Positions 1-12,520 of a stretch of 64,000 bases of DNA are shown here, one piece after another (position 1 is the stretch's first letter; each line of letters starts with the position of its first letter). Position numbers and translations under genes: made by a program. The DNA is from Octopus sinensis. Its lineage: Eukaryota. The notes under the pieces are model-generated. The model was given only the letters and a program-made list of their open reading frames with translations, made no database searches and had not been told where the DNA came from. The stretch is taken from contig NC_043000.1 of assembly GCF_006345805.1 (NCBI RefSeq), forward strand, positions 159,216,001-159,280,000, given 5' to 3'.

Positions 1-519
1 ATGATTACTGGTATTTGCATACAAATGTTGGCGGACACGTGCCTGGGTGCATGAGGTGGGAATGTGGTTCATAACCGCTTAAAGGACAACGTTCTTACTT
101 GAATGACATTGGCTAGTTGGCTGTTTATTAAAGTGCTTGCTGGCTTAGAATATTCATGAATTTCAAGAAAGCACCAGCGGCATATTTTGAATATTGTAAT
201 AAGAATTTGATGATAACTGTATAATATCTGCTACTAGTGTCGCCGTTGATGTCGTTGTCATCGTTGTTGCGGTCATCGTCATCGTCATTGTTGTTGTTTA
301 ACTTAAGGTGATCTGTGCTTGATTAACTCTATGATGAGAGGCATTCCTGCCGCGAGATTTCCGTTTATTCTATTAAAATTTTGTTTCATTTATTTACTGT
401 CAGACAGAAAGTATGAGACGAAGTTATTTAATGCCTTTACCTGTTACAAAACAGTAGCGTGTGATACGAAGAACTAGCTGTTATTTCAAGCAGTCGAGTG
501 ACCAAGACTCCACTGGGTT

Positions 520-2125
520 TTGGCAGCATTGTTAGCACGTCGGTCGAAATACCATGCAATAGTTTCTCTGGCTCTTTAAATTCAGGTTTCAAATCTTGCC
601 GAAGTCAACTTTACCTTTCATTCCTTCGGGATTTGATAAAATAATGAAAGATCTAAGAACGGGACCAATAGTATCGACAAGGCTTTTCTCCTGTAAAGTG
701 CTGTCGTTGTGACCAGGAGAGAGAAACCATTGATATTACTAACATTATTATTACTAGTAGCAGGAAGCCGGCGAGCTGGCAGGATCGTTAGCACGCCGGG
801 CGAAATGCTTAGCAGTATTTCGCCTGCCGCTACGTTCTGAGTTCAAATTCCGCCGAGGTCGACTTTGCCTTTCATCCTTTCATCCTTTCGGCGTCGATTA
901 AATAGGTACCAGTTACGCACTGTGGTCGATATAATCGACTTAATCGGTTTTCCTGTCCTTGTTCATCCCCTCTGTGTTTAGCCCCTTGTGGGTGGTAAAG
1001 AAATAGGTATTTCGTCTGTCTTTACGTTTTTAAGTTCAAACACCGCCGATGTCGACTTTGCCTTTCATCCTTTCGGGGTCGATAAAGTAAGTACCAGTTG
1101 CGTCCTGGAGTCGTTGAAATCGACTATCCCCCTCCCCCAAATTTCAATCTTTGTACCTTCAGTAGAAAGAATTATTATTGGAAGTAATTAGGCAGTGAAT
1201 TTGCAGAATCGTAACCACGCTAGATACTGGCAGAATCGTTAGCATGCCGGGAAATTGCATAGCGGCACTTCGTCCATCTGTACGTTCCCGGTTCAAATTC
1301 TGCCGAGGTCGACTTTGCCTTTCATCATTTGGGGGACAATAAAATAAGTTCCAGTGATGCCCTGAGGTTGAGGTAATCGACTCTCCTCCTCACCAAAATT
1401 CCAGGCTTTGTGCCTATACTAGTAAAGATTATTATTATCTTTAAGGCGAAGAGCTTACAGAATCATTAGCGCGTCGTACAAAATGCTTATCGTGATTGTG
1501 TCAGTCTTTACGTCCAGACTTCCAATTCCGCTGAGGTTGACTTTGTCATTCACTCTTTCGGGATCATGAAATTGTACCAGTCGAGCATTGGGGATCGGTG
1601 TTATCAACTATTGCCCTTACGAGAAAAATCAGGTCTTGTGCCTATGTTATTAAGAATCATCATCATCATCAGCCGCAACAGCAGCAGCAGTAGCAGTAGT
1701 AGCAGTAGTAGTAGTAAATCGGCGAGCTGGCAGAAACCTTAGCACGCCGGGCGAAATGCTTTGCGGTATTTCGTCTGCCGTTACGTTGTGAGTTCAAATT
1801 CCGCCGAGGTCGACTTTGCCTTTCATCCTTTCGGGGTCGATAAATTAAGCACCAGTTACGCACTGGGGTCGATGTAATCGACTTAATACCTATGTCTGTC
1901 CTTGTTTGTCCCCTCTATGTTTAGCCCCCTGTGGGCAATAAAGAAATAGAAATAGGTATTTCGCGCGTCGCTACATTCGGAGATCAAATTCCACCGAGGT
2001 CGATTTCGCCTTTTCATCCTTTCGGTGTCGATATAATAGGTATATGTTGAACACTGGGGAGGATATAATAGATTCAACCTCTCTCCAAAAACAGCTGCTT
2101 TTGTGGCAAAATTTGAAACCATCTA
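520..2125 (+). mobile_element. Cluster of at least 6 tandem tRNA-derived SINE units (family A) of different ages
   Basis: Repeated head ggcgagctggcagaa(a/t)cgttagcacgccgggcgaaatgc and body gaggtcgactttgcctttcatcctttcggggtcgataa...agtaccag, which resembles the MetaSINE-type central domain from recall. Units start near 520, 765, 1010, 1190, 1441, 1718 and 1958. Confidence 0.85.
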
Positions 2126-2695
2126 CTATAATAATACTCTTGTGTTTTTCTCCGTCACAACATATGAATGAGAAAGGGAGATGTAATAGATGAATAAGGA
2201 CGGAAGTGGTGATGGCAAACTGGTAGTGGGGTGATGGAAATTCTACGGTGAAAAAATCAAACAGCGTTTCAACTCTGTATGAGTATATGTGTGTATGTGT
2301 GATCGTGTTAAATGAAAGTATATGAATATATTGTGTGAATTAGCATTCTTTCAGTAACAAACGATTATCGATGTCACATCTCAAAAGAAACCACTAGATA
2401 ACATTGACAAGTGAATTAATTTGATTTACCATCCATATTCTGTCTGTTTTGTTACAAATAATTATTTCAATTACACACACACCTACACAAATATACACAT
2501 ATACAAACTCATTAGAGTAAATAATTATTGCCTGGGTGTATCTAGAATATAAAACATCTGTTGAAAGGTATACTATAAATTTGGTAATAAAAGAATTATT
2601 AAACTCAAAATTTGGTTTTGTACCTAATCTATATATAAAATACTACAATTAGCCGTCATTTTTGACGGCACGGGGTTACCTAATTATTATTATAA

Positions 2696-3078
2696 CTAAC
2701 AGTATCGCCTGGCGTTGCTCGGGTTTGTTTCGACCCTTTAGAATTGGAATTTTTGCAAAGTAAAACTTTTGCATTATGTAGTTTGTTATTCTCTTTAAGT
2801 GAACATTTTTCTGGTTGAAATACACCGAAAAATGGCGACACAGCAGTCAAAAAATAGGGATTTTCATAGAAAAAAAAGCACCATTTTGATGTAAATAATT
2901 TTTGGTCCTAACATGGTGCGATTTTAATTTTATCTTCTACGGAATGAAGAGCAAGCCTTTTTCTATCATACTCTCAGTTTTGGTCAACTTGCGCCGTAGG
3001 GTCTCGGAGGAGATAGTGTTAGTTGAAGGCTACCAAACCTGCCATACACAGACAACTTCAGCTTTATATAGAGAGAGA
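2696..3078 (-). mobile_element. Non-autonomous Helitron
   Basis: On the minus strand the 5' end is A|TCTCTCTCTATATAAAGCTGAAGTTG and the 3' end is the hairpin cccgagcaacgccagg followed by cgatactgTTAG|T (a CTAG variant). Both termini match the copy at 58598-58993. Confidence 0.75.
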
Positions 3079-3246
3079 TTAGCATTATCACCATCATCAT
3101 CATGGCTTTGTCAGAGGAAAAATAGCAGGGTTTCCGTGACTGGGATGAGGAAGTAACTTGTGCCGAATGCTTGCAACACAGCAAACTCTACTAAAGCATC
3201 ACACAAACAAGGTGGCAAATCTTAAACAGTATGATATATTACATTC

Positions 3247-3830
3247 AAGGCGGCGAGCTGGCAGAAACGTTAGCACGCCGGGCGAAATGCTTAGAGGTAT
3301 TTCGTCTGCCGTTACGTTCTGAGTTCAAATTCCGCCGAGGTCGACTTTGCCTTTCCTCCTTTCGGGGTCGATAAATTAAGTACCAGTTACGCACTGGGGT
3401 CGATACAACCGACTTAATCCGTTTGTCTGTCCTTGTTTGTCCCTCTCTGTGTTTAGCCCCTTGTGGGTACGTTTGCCATTACGTTCTGAGTTCAAATTCC
3501 GCTGAGGTCAACTTTGCCTTTCATCCTTTCGGAGTCGATTAAATAAGTACCAGTTACGCACTGGGGTCGATATAATCGACTTAACCCCTTTGTCTGTCCT
3601 TGTTTGTTTCCTCTGTGTTTAGCCCCTTGTGGGTAGTAAAGAAATAGGTATCTCGTCTACCACTAAGTTCAGAGTTCAAATTCCGCTGAGGTCGTCTTTG
3701 CCTTTCATCCTTTCGTGGTCGATTAAATAAGTACCAGTTACACACTAGGGTCGATATAGTCCACTTAATCCGTTTGTCTGTCCTTGTTTGTCCCCTCTGT
3801 GTCTAGCCCCGTGTGGGCAATAAAGAAATA
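3247..3830 (+). mobile_element. SINE family A, one head plus three tandem bodies
   Basis: Head aaggcggcgagctggcagaaacg at 3247; three body repeats ending ...gccccttgtggg; degenerate flanking duplication atgata(tatt/aagt)acatt at 3231-3245 and 3834-3848. Confidence 0.9.
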
Positions 3831-3857
3831 AAAATGATAAAGTACATTTAGTGTTAG

Positions 3858-4200
3858 TGGTGGTGGTGGTGGTGGTGGTCGTTGTGGTGGCAATGCTGAT
3901 GGCAGCAGTTGTGGTTGTAGTTGTGGTTGTAGACGGATTGTTGATACTGGTACTGCTGCTTGTGTTGTTATTACTGAGCTACTTAACTGTTCCAAACTTT
4001 GTCTGAAGTATGATGTTGAATTCTGCTGCTGTTGTAGTTGCTGTGGTATATGAACCGCATTATATTTCTAGCTGGGTTTTATTTTTAAGATTTGTTTTTG
4101 TATAGTCGTTTTTGTTGCTGCTATTTTGGTTGTTGGGCTTGCTGTTGATGCTGCTGCTGTTGTCGTTGTTGCTGCTGCTGATGTCTACCTGTTATTGTTA
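3858..4200. repeat. (GGT)n and GTT/GCT low-complexity tract
   Basis: Direct reading of the sequence. Confidence 0.8.
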
Positions 4201-4317
4201 CTGTCGAACAATTGTTAATTTTTAAGTCAATATTATCGTTATAATTCTTCTAATTGCTAGTGTTGTTTCTTTTGTTATTATTGATTGTGTTCGTTAATTT
4301 TTAATTACTGTCTGCAG

Positions 4318-4339
4318 CGAGTGGCGAGCTTCTTGCAAA
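4318..4339 (+). other. Candidate 22-nt micro-exon of an unidentified gene
   Basis: Pyrimidine-rich acceptor ...ttaattactgtctgcag at 4317 and donor AA|GTAAGA at 4340; open in two frames (EWRASCK or RVASFLQ). No homology recognised. Confidence 0.25.
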
Positions 4340-4782
4340 GTAAGAATTAAACATTCAAAAACAAGACATCTGGCTAATTGACGAAAATTCACTTACCCAC
4401 ACACTACAACCACCGGCATGCAAGTGGGCGGTTTCCTGTTTGTGTCCTTTATACCAGTTCTAATAATGGCTTCTTCTCCTGTAAATTATCTAGCTATATA
4501 ACACCTCAGGAAACAAGGTAAACTAATGCCATCCTAATACAATTATTTTTAATCATTCTTGTATTGTTTTTTTCATCGCAAATGTTAATGAAAAAAATTT
4601 CTCCGCTTAACCTTTCGGTGAATCATTGCTCAGTTGCAAAACACTCCGGAAATTCTTTACTGGCTAATTTCGTTACAAGCATCAAGTTGAAGAGCCAACG
4701 AGAAAGCTTTTTATCTCAACGCTCGGCCTGTTTTTAACTGTAACCAAATCTAGCTCATGTCTAACCCTACTGATCTGAAAAT

Positions 4783-4819
4783 TGAACTACACATAGACTA
4801 ATGTACTTATATATATATA

Positions 4820-4870
<51 letters not shown>

Positions 4871-4893
4871 TACATTAGTCTATGTGTAGTTCA
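4783..4893. repeat. Palindrome: 26-bp unique inverted arms around a (TA)n core
   Basis: tgaactacacatagactaatgtactt (4783-4808) is the exact reverse complement of 4868-4893. Confidence 0.9.
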
Positions 4894-5280
4894 GATAAGA
4901 GAAAAAAATCAATCAGAAAGGAACTCTATCTCACTCAAAATATCTTTTGATAAGCATAACAAATGCGCAACCGGTAAACTCTTACTTTTTTTATTCTACA
5001 CTGAAATCTGACATTGAACTTTTCCACAAAAACTGTATATTACACGCTTTTACTAAATATCTTATTCTGAAACAGAACACTGTAAAGGACTCTTACTATT
5101 TTTCTTATACACTGAAATCATTCACAAAAAATGAACATTGTATTCTAACCCAATTTTTCTCTTTTTTTGTTTAAAAAAGAACTTTCACCTTATTAAATAC
5201 ACTCTCCTTTACTTAAATTATTTTGTCAGCATTTTCTTCATTTCCTTTTTTATATATCACAACTCGTGTTCCACATCTCC

Positions 5281-5284
<4 letters not shown>

Positions 5285-5335
<51 letters not shown>

Positions 5336-5362
5336 TATATATATATATATGTATATATATAT

Positions 5363-5431
<69 letters not shown>

Positions 5432-5454
5432 TATATATATATATATCTATATAT

Positions 5455-5487
<33 letters not shown>
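5285..5487. repeat. Interrupted (TA)n microsatellite
   Basis: Direct reading; source of the YIYIYI ORFs in the track. Confidence 0.95.
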
Positions 5488-5527
5488 CACATCTAAACTA
5501 ATTATGACTTAACTATCCTCTCACACC

Positions 5528-5594
5528 GTCTCCGATGAAGGGATATAATTAATAAATTAATAATTAATAAATATCCTAGAAACAGCTGTAAGAC
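5528..5594 (+). ncRNA. Degenerate minimal type I hammerhead ribozyme motif (Penelope-type)
   Basis: Stem I gtct/agac; core CCGATGA (U4-to-C change from CUGAUGA); stem II ggatat/atatcc; GAAAC-agct-GUA with palindromic CAGCTG. Confidence 0.55.
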
Positions 5595-5658
5595 CTATCT
5601 ATAAATTGCCTGATATCTACACAGCCTTGGGTTTTTTTTATCTTATTACGCAAAAAAT

Positions 5659-5701
<43 letters not shown>

Positions 5702-6190
5702 AGTGATCGTGATAGACACGGTTGAAATGGCTTTGAGCATATTTCTACTCAAACGAGGCCAATCTTATGTCCATCAACAGCAACAAATTGATGAAGTTAA
5801 GCTTGGCCATCGACAGTGTCGACTTCACATGGAGATCCCGAGGAATGTATGAACTCATGTCTTCAATCTTCTCAAATTAAATACCATTTAACTTATTTTT
5901 TTATCGGAATAAGCCAAATATTTGGTTTCGATCACAAAATACTAACTTTACTGACTCCATCGTCCACAGATAAAATATCAGTAAATTTCCATCATCCAAC
6001 CTTTATGATCGGAAACCAGATGTTCATTCATTTGAACTACTACCTACTTCATACACTGCTGTTCAAAAAATAGTAATAATAATGGTAATAAAAGCTAAAA
6101 GAAAGACAACACATTATTTTATCATTGGATGTTTTAAACAGAGTTAACCAGACTGCTGAATCTCATCTGCTTTTTTTTTTTTTAATACAG

Positions 6191-6288
6191 ACATCGATCT
6201 CCAGTGTTCTAAACTGTGTATAAGATGCATGGATCTTAGCAATGCGGAAGACCCAGCAAACTTCATCGGTGCTGCGTCTCCTCGCTGA
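6191..6288 (+). other. Candidate coding exon of an unidentified gene
   Basis: Strong acceptor t(12+)aatacag at 6190. One frame reads IDLQCSKLCIRCMDLSNAEDPANFIGAASPR-stop in non-repetitive, GC-richer sequence. Confidence 0.3.
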
Positions 6289-6789
6289 CGTGCAACAAAA
6301 CTACTCAGGGTGTGAGTTGAACTCTTCTCTGTGAAAACTATTTTTCTAAGAAAACTTTTGTTTATGCCTGCTAACAGCGAGGGAGAAGTAGTAGTTTAGT
6401 GTTAATTTACTTGAACACACGCATTTATTATGTACTATCCAAGAACACTACACAGACATTACACAGAAACTACATTCACACACTCGACAGATACTCACTA
6501 AGAGCTATAAGTACAAATATATAACCTACATAGTTTTTCCAATATACGTATGCATACACGCAAGTACTCGGGGAAGCAAGTATTTACACAAATTTGTATC
6601 ATACGTGCACACTATGACAAGCATTGAAAATATATAACCGCATCGACACGAGACTCCACTTACATACATACTCACACATATTTACAATGAAGTCCACCAT
6701 AGAACTCAAACGCATAAAGATCACTAACATTGCACGCACACATTTACACACAATGAGAAACCTCTGTCTCGCCGCACACATGCGTGCGC

Positions 6790-7110
6790 GCACTTATAGA
6801 AGCATTCACACTCAATCACGCACATACACATATACATACACACATGCATACACACACACATATATACGCATATGCATGCATACATACATACACACACATA
6901 CACACATACACGCATGCACACATACATACACACACATACACGCATGCACACATATATACATACATACACACATACACGCATGCACACATACATACATACA
7001 CACACACACAAACGTCAAACAATACGTATACAAGACGTATACACAGATTCGACGCGCACTACACACACGTAGACAAACACGCTCACACACACACACACAG
7101 ACATATCATA
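6790..7110. repeat. Compound CA/TACA microsatellite
   Basis: Direct reading; source of the HTYTHT and CVCMYV ORFs. Confidence 0.9.
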
Positions 7111-7644
7111 CACACAATCCCGCTCACACACCATGGTTTCTAATTTCGAAACCTAGGCATAACAATCGATTCTGTTTGAAGAATCTACTTAAATAGTCAG
7201 AATTGTATTGGGTGGTAAAAATTGTACAGAGGCGATTTTCGTTACTCGTAATTTCCTTCTTGTGTCACAACCAATGCTCTTCTAATCAATCACATTTGAG
7301 ACTGACATGTGTGTGTGTGTGTGTGTGTGTGTTTGTAGTCTGAAATAGTAAACATTGATTGGTCAGGTCAATGAAAGGGCAGTGGAAAACCAGTCGAAAG
7401 ATGTTTGGTTCGTTTCGTGTCGATTGATACGCGTTCTGTTTTACGTTTATATTTCTTTTTTTCTTAGAGAGCTTTGTCAGGGAAGAATGGCTGATCATAT
7501 TACCTTTTTAGGCCTTACATATACACTTCTCAAACGAGTTCAAAGACTGGAGGCGAGACAAGAAGAGAAGACGAAACCGGAGACCTTATACGAAAGTTCG
7601 CAATATCGTGGATTCCGCTAGAGTTACCAAATAGTCTGGTTGTT

Positions 7645-7860
7645 GCATGCAAGCAAGCTGCGATTAAGTCTACTTGTTAAGATTAAGTGCTGTGTCTATT
7701 AGATGGGATTCCACACAGGCTGTGTCTACTCGATTTAATTCACAACTTTTATGATAGCCTGAAGCTATAGACCAAGATACTTGCCTTGGATATCGCGTGG
7801 TGAGATTGCAGTTGGAACCACGTGATTGTTAAGAAAATCTTATAACAACATTAACCGCAT
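7645..7860 (-). mobile_element. Old, degenerate CORE-type SINE
   Basis: Weak similarity to family B (gaagctatagaccaagatacttgcc, ggaaccacgtgattg). Confidence 0.45.
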
Positions 7861-8334
7861 TGCTCTGTCTACGTTGGTATCCACAACCAAGGCACGTTGA
7901 TTAATCTAGCCAAGATTAAGTTTAGTATCGCAAAATGATATGGATCGCTTTACAGCAAATATTGAATTAAGGGGGGAGGAGTATGGGGATATATTATCTG
8001 AAGTTGTGAAGTGACGGAGTGATTATAAAGGTGTTATTCAGTTACCTTCTCTTTATGATTTTAAATCACATCAGTCATTGCTTCCTCTATACTGTTCCCA
8101 AGTGCGTACGCACATACATTGGCAACTGAGACATAAATGAAATTATTGTGTGTACAGAAGTGTCCCCAGCAAGAGCACTCAGTATGTACATATTTTTGTC
8201 GCAAGAAAATCAGATATTTACTAAACTTTTGCACGAAATCAGATATTTACAAACATTTTGAGGGAACAGTGCTGCCAGTGCCTATTTTGTATAATACAAT
8301 TTTGTCTAATATAAGTTATAGTTTATATAATGGT

Positions 8335-8515
8335 CAGTGACAAGAGAGGAAGAGGCCGACCAAGAACCCACTGGCTTGACACCATCAAGAGTGACACGGG
8401 AATGGACATAGTCAATCTGAAAGAAGCGACCCAGAATAGAACTGGCTGGAGGACACCGATCCATCGAGTAACCGAGAAGCGACTTCGACTGAGCGGATAA
8501 ATAGATAGATAGATG
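8335..8515 (+). mobile_element. 3' end of an RTE-clade LINE (5'-truncated)
   Basis: Translates as KRGRGRPRTHWLDTIKSDTGMDIVNLKEATQNRTGWR...RVTEKRLRLSG-stop, the RTE C-terminal GRP...W motif, followed by a (TAGA)n tail. Confidence 0.75.
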
Positions 8516-9045
8516 GCTTAATGAGAATAATAGATCACAAACACAAGTCCCTCAACATCATAGTTGTACCTACAACACTACGAACTTCCTCTAGATGATA
8601 TTAGCCGTCTTGTAAAAGAAAGAGCACATTTGCTAACGTAGCTTTTGCAGTCAAATTATTATGTGCATATCTGTGCGTGCGTATATGTGAGACAAGAAAA
8701 GATAGTAGAGAGCCAGGGAAAATGGCACAAAACCAGCAAGTTTAAAAGAGTGGAGTAGGTGCCACCAAATTGCATAAAATTGTGACTGGCTGATCATAGC
8801 ACAGACACGAGTAAATTTAACCTAATGATAAGATGGAGTATAAGTATCACAGTGTGTGAAACCCAAACCTTTCGATTACACAGATAGTCCAATCAATCGG
8901 CTTCCATGCAGTTTCTATCTCGTCCCTTTTTAATCACAACAAGCCTTGGTCGACATGAGGTGGTAAAAATTCCTTCCTCGTGATAGCTGTACAGTAATAT
9001 CGAACCTGGAACTTCATGATTGAGAAACACACTACTTAGTCATTC

Positions 9046-9083
<38 letters not shown>

Positions 9084-9319
9084 TGAGTATAATTAATTCT
9101 GCTGACGAGTCTCTGTACCAATAAGAAGGCTCTTGCTGTAATTAACTTTTTATTTTATTTATTTCTTGTGTTTTCCTTTTTTCTTTGTTTTTTTTTTAAT
9201 TTGCAGGAGAATAATTTAGCAAAGTTTCATAATAATTGTTTGCGGAAGAGGACAGTTGTCTGGAAATAACACATTCCATTAAACATTGTAGAATGACAGA
9301 AGAATTAGTTTCTCCAAGT

Positions 9320-9690
9320 GCATACATGCATGCACACAAATATATATATGCGTATATGGGTTTTCTCTCTCACTCTCTCTATCTCTCTTACACATACACA
9401 CATACAAACACATATATACATGCATACATGCATACATAGATGCATACATACATACATGCATGCATACATACGCACACGCACGCACGCACACACGCGCACA
9501 CACACATACAGAGTGAGCACTAATCACATTCACACAAATATATGTTGTTTTTTTTACGTGAGTGAATGTTTATAGTTGGAAATATATGACAAGCCTTAAT
9601 GTAAAAATGTAATCATCTTTATTACTATCATCGTCACTAACATCCCCATCGTCATCATCATCATCATCGTCATCATCATCATCATCAACG
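9320..9690. repeat. TACA/CA microsatellite followed by a (CAT)n tract
   Basis: Direct reading; the (CAT)n tract at ~9618-9690 gives the poly-Asp ORF. Confidence 0.85.
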
Positions 9691-11304
9691 CTGTGGCTGT
9701 CGTTGCCCTTGTCCGTGTTTTTATTAACAGTATTATCATGTGGAAAGTTAGACAACTAAGTGCTATATAAAACAAATAACTACGTAAACCGTTAGTATTA
9801 TAAGAGGAAAAAAGAAATAAATCAAAAAAAGTCGTACGGGGAATTGTGTTTTGTTCATATTATATTAACTGTAAAGTGGACATATAAGAATGGCTTTTCT
9901 CTTGAGAAGTGCTGTAGGTAACAGTAATGTGATTTCTTTTTTTTTTACCTGGTATAATTAGTAGCTGTGTTTGTATGTGAAATTGATATGAACATTCTTG
10001 TGTTATGGATTATTATGGTCAACATAGGCCTAGATTCAAAGGACACGTCTTACATTTATGCGGTTATCGGTGATTTTCTGCACGCCTAAATGTTTTCGAT
10101 ATGGTGATATATTTATTATTTTGTACTTGTGCTGCCCTTGTGGAAACACAAATTGCAATATTATTTTGTAAAGCTCTCACAAATTTTATGAATCATACAG
10201 TATGCTTTATATATCGTGCTTGTAATAATAAAGCTATTGGTAGTTTTATAACAAGATCGCGTAGTCTCCCTCTGGCTGGTAGCTGTGGTGAGAAACGTTG
10301 TGTAGTGGATACGGTTGAAAACTTTGAGCGCAGAACTTTTGCTTCTAGGGTACGCCCTCATCGACTTCTGTAAGCTATATATGAAAGAGAAATGTTGAGG
10401 ACAGAGAGGGAACTTTTGCCTACCAGTAAATTTTATGAAAGGTGGTTAGTGTGACAAAATTTACGTAGTTAATTGTGTATACACGTATCATATAGCTGCT
10501 GCAAATTGGTAGCAAGTACTAGCAAAGTACGCTTCTTTACATGCATAGAGGAATTCCGGATTTTGTGCATGCTATCCCTAATTACCTTGTATGATTATCT
10601 CCCTCATTCTAAAGATCCATTCTTGTTCTTATTTTGCTAAGTACTGTCAGTGTAAAATATAATTCAACATATTTATTTATTGTTATTATTGTTTCCACCA
10701 TTTTACGTGATGTAAACCCTTGATTGATTCTGGTTAGTTCTTTTTTTTTTTTTTTTGTATTTCCTCTCTGCATTTGGGGGCTGTTGTAGTCAATAAAAGA
10801 AAAACTGCCACTTATAAAAATAGTAGCTTTTGTTCTATTATTTTTTACCAACAAAGAAATTCAATACATCGGAAACCCTTACTCTGAGACAGGAAAGCGA
10901 AAAGCAGGTCTTTCCACGAGAATTTTTGATATTTATAATTTTTTTCAAACAAAAGCACTGGCTTATTTATAACTATGTCGATAGGAATAGCCTTAGTATC
11001 GTAGGAGGAAGTGTTCGGGCCAGCGACTATGCCCCACAATTGTTTGAAGACATGAAAACAAACGAGACTCTCACATCCACAGACAAGCTGTGACCCTTCT
11101 CCACCTCTAAAACTTTCCCTCTGATACTTCGTCGATTGATGAACGCAATAGGAAAGGACCAAGCTAAAGACATGTACTGGGACTGAAAAGGCTCATGAAC
11201 AAACCCAGTGACCGCTGTTTAACACTTAATGAGAGAAGGTTTGAAAAAACATTAAAGTAATCGTTAACCATTCACTCACTACTGCCACGACTAATAAACA
11301 TTTT

Positions 11305-11757
11305 TTATTATAAGAACAAGTCCTGAAATTTTGTTGGAGGGGACTAATCGACAGCATCGACCCCAGTGTTCAACTGGTACTTATGTTATCGATCTCGAAA
11401 ACAATGAAAGATAAAATCGACCTCGGAAAAAATTCATCTCAAAATGTGAAGACGGACGAAATGCCTATTTCTTTACTACCCATAAGGGGCTAAACACAGA
11501 GAGGACAAACAAGGACAGACAAACGGATTAAGTCGATTACATCGGCCCCAGTGCGTAACTGGTACTTAATTTATCGACCCCGAAAGTATGAAAGGTAAAG
11601 TCTACCTCGGCGGAATTTGAACTCAGAACGTAACGGCAGACGAAATACGGCTAAGCATTTCACCCGGCGTGCTAACGTTTCTGCCAGCTCGCCGCCGGAC
11701 GAAATGCCGCTAAGCATTTTGCACGGTGTGCTAACGATTCTACCAGGTTGCCACCAT
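11305..11757 (-). mobile_element. Young SINE-A (11466-11695) nested inside an older SINE-A
   Basis: Duplication cggacgaaatgcc at 11453-11465 and 11696-11708 flanks the young copy. The older head is at 11709-11757 and the older body at 11305-11452. Confidence 0.8.
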
Positions 11758-12089
11758 TATTAACACTGTTAATAAAATACTACGGTAGCAACAACAGCGT
11801 AGCTATATGAATTAAACCCACAACCAACGGCAGGAGAAGCAAGTACAACAAGCACAGCAAAATCAAATAACGAAATAAGAAGAATAAAAACAACACCTAA
11901 ACCTATAATGACATTAACACCAAAACAACAGCCAAAGCACCAAAAACAAAACAAAAACAATAGTAACAGCAAGAACAGCATCATCATCAACAACAACAAC
12001 AACAATAGCTAAACACAAAAATTTATCCAAATCAACTTCACTATTAAATAGAAGTAAATTTGAGTTCTAGTGTTCTTGCGAATACCATT

Positions 12090-12520
12090 TAGTTTTAGAT
12101 TTAGGATTTCTATTTTGGCTGTTTAGGTTTATGATTCATACTAGATTTTTTTTTCTTTTATAGGGTGAGGGTTATTTTGTGCGGTACGATTAGGGATATA
12201 TTACGGTTTAAATTTAGGACCAAGTTTAGATTTAGGATTAGGATTAAGATTATTATTAGGGTTAGTATTAGGTTTAGAGTTATCATTAGGTTGAGTGTTA
12301 GAATTCGGTTTAAGATTAGGATAAGTTTTAGAGTTAGAATGTGAATTATGTTTAAATTTGATGTTTTATTTTAGGATTAGTGATGGTTTTAGTGTTGGGC
12401 TTATAGTTCGAGTTTAGGATTAAGGTAATGATTTAGATTTTATTTCAGCATTAGTCTTAAATTTAGGTTTAGATTTGAGAGTTAATTTAAGGTTAGGGTT
12501 TGGTTTATAGTCAGGTTTAT
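12090..12520 (+). repeat. Degenerate TTAGGG-like low-complexity tract
   Basis: Many ttagga/ttagat/ttagag/ttaggg hexamers with strong G+T strand bias. Confidence 0.55.

Noticed and set aside
988-2122. Short ORFs recurring across the window (e.g. MSSNARG..., ...VDFAFHPFGVDK...)
   Set aside because: They are translations of SINE consensus sequence, not genes.
3247-3830. Regularly repeated ~180-bp units resembling a CRISPR or satellite array
   Set aside because: No unique spacers and eukaryotic context; they are tandem SINE bodies.
5138-7196. Long ORFs such as 6624-7196 (190 aa) and the YIYI/HTYT/CVCM ORFs here and at 14.2, 18.3, 23-24, 50-52 and 62 kb
   Set aside because: They are translations of stop-free microsatellites.
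9091-9148. CTGACGA...gctgtaa hammerhead-like fragment
   Set aside because: The GAAA half of the core is missing and stem II is unconvincing.
9207-9300. Apparent exon after a strong acceptor (ENNLAKFHNNCLRK...)
   Set aside because: It stops quickly and resembles the LINE motif FH..CLR.I...W, so it is more likely a retroelement scrap.
9570-9755. Poly-Asp ORF
   Set aside because: It derives from the (CAT)n microsatellite.
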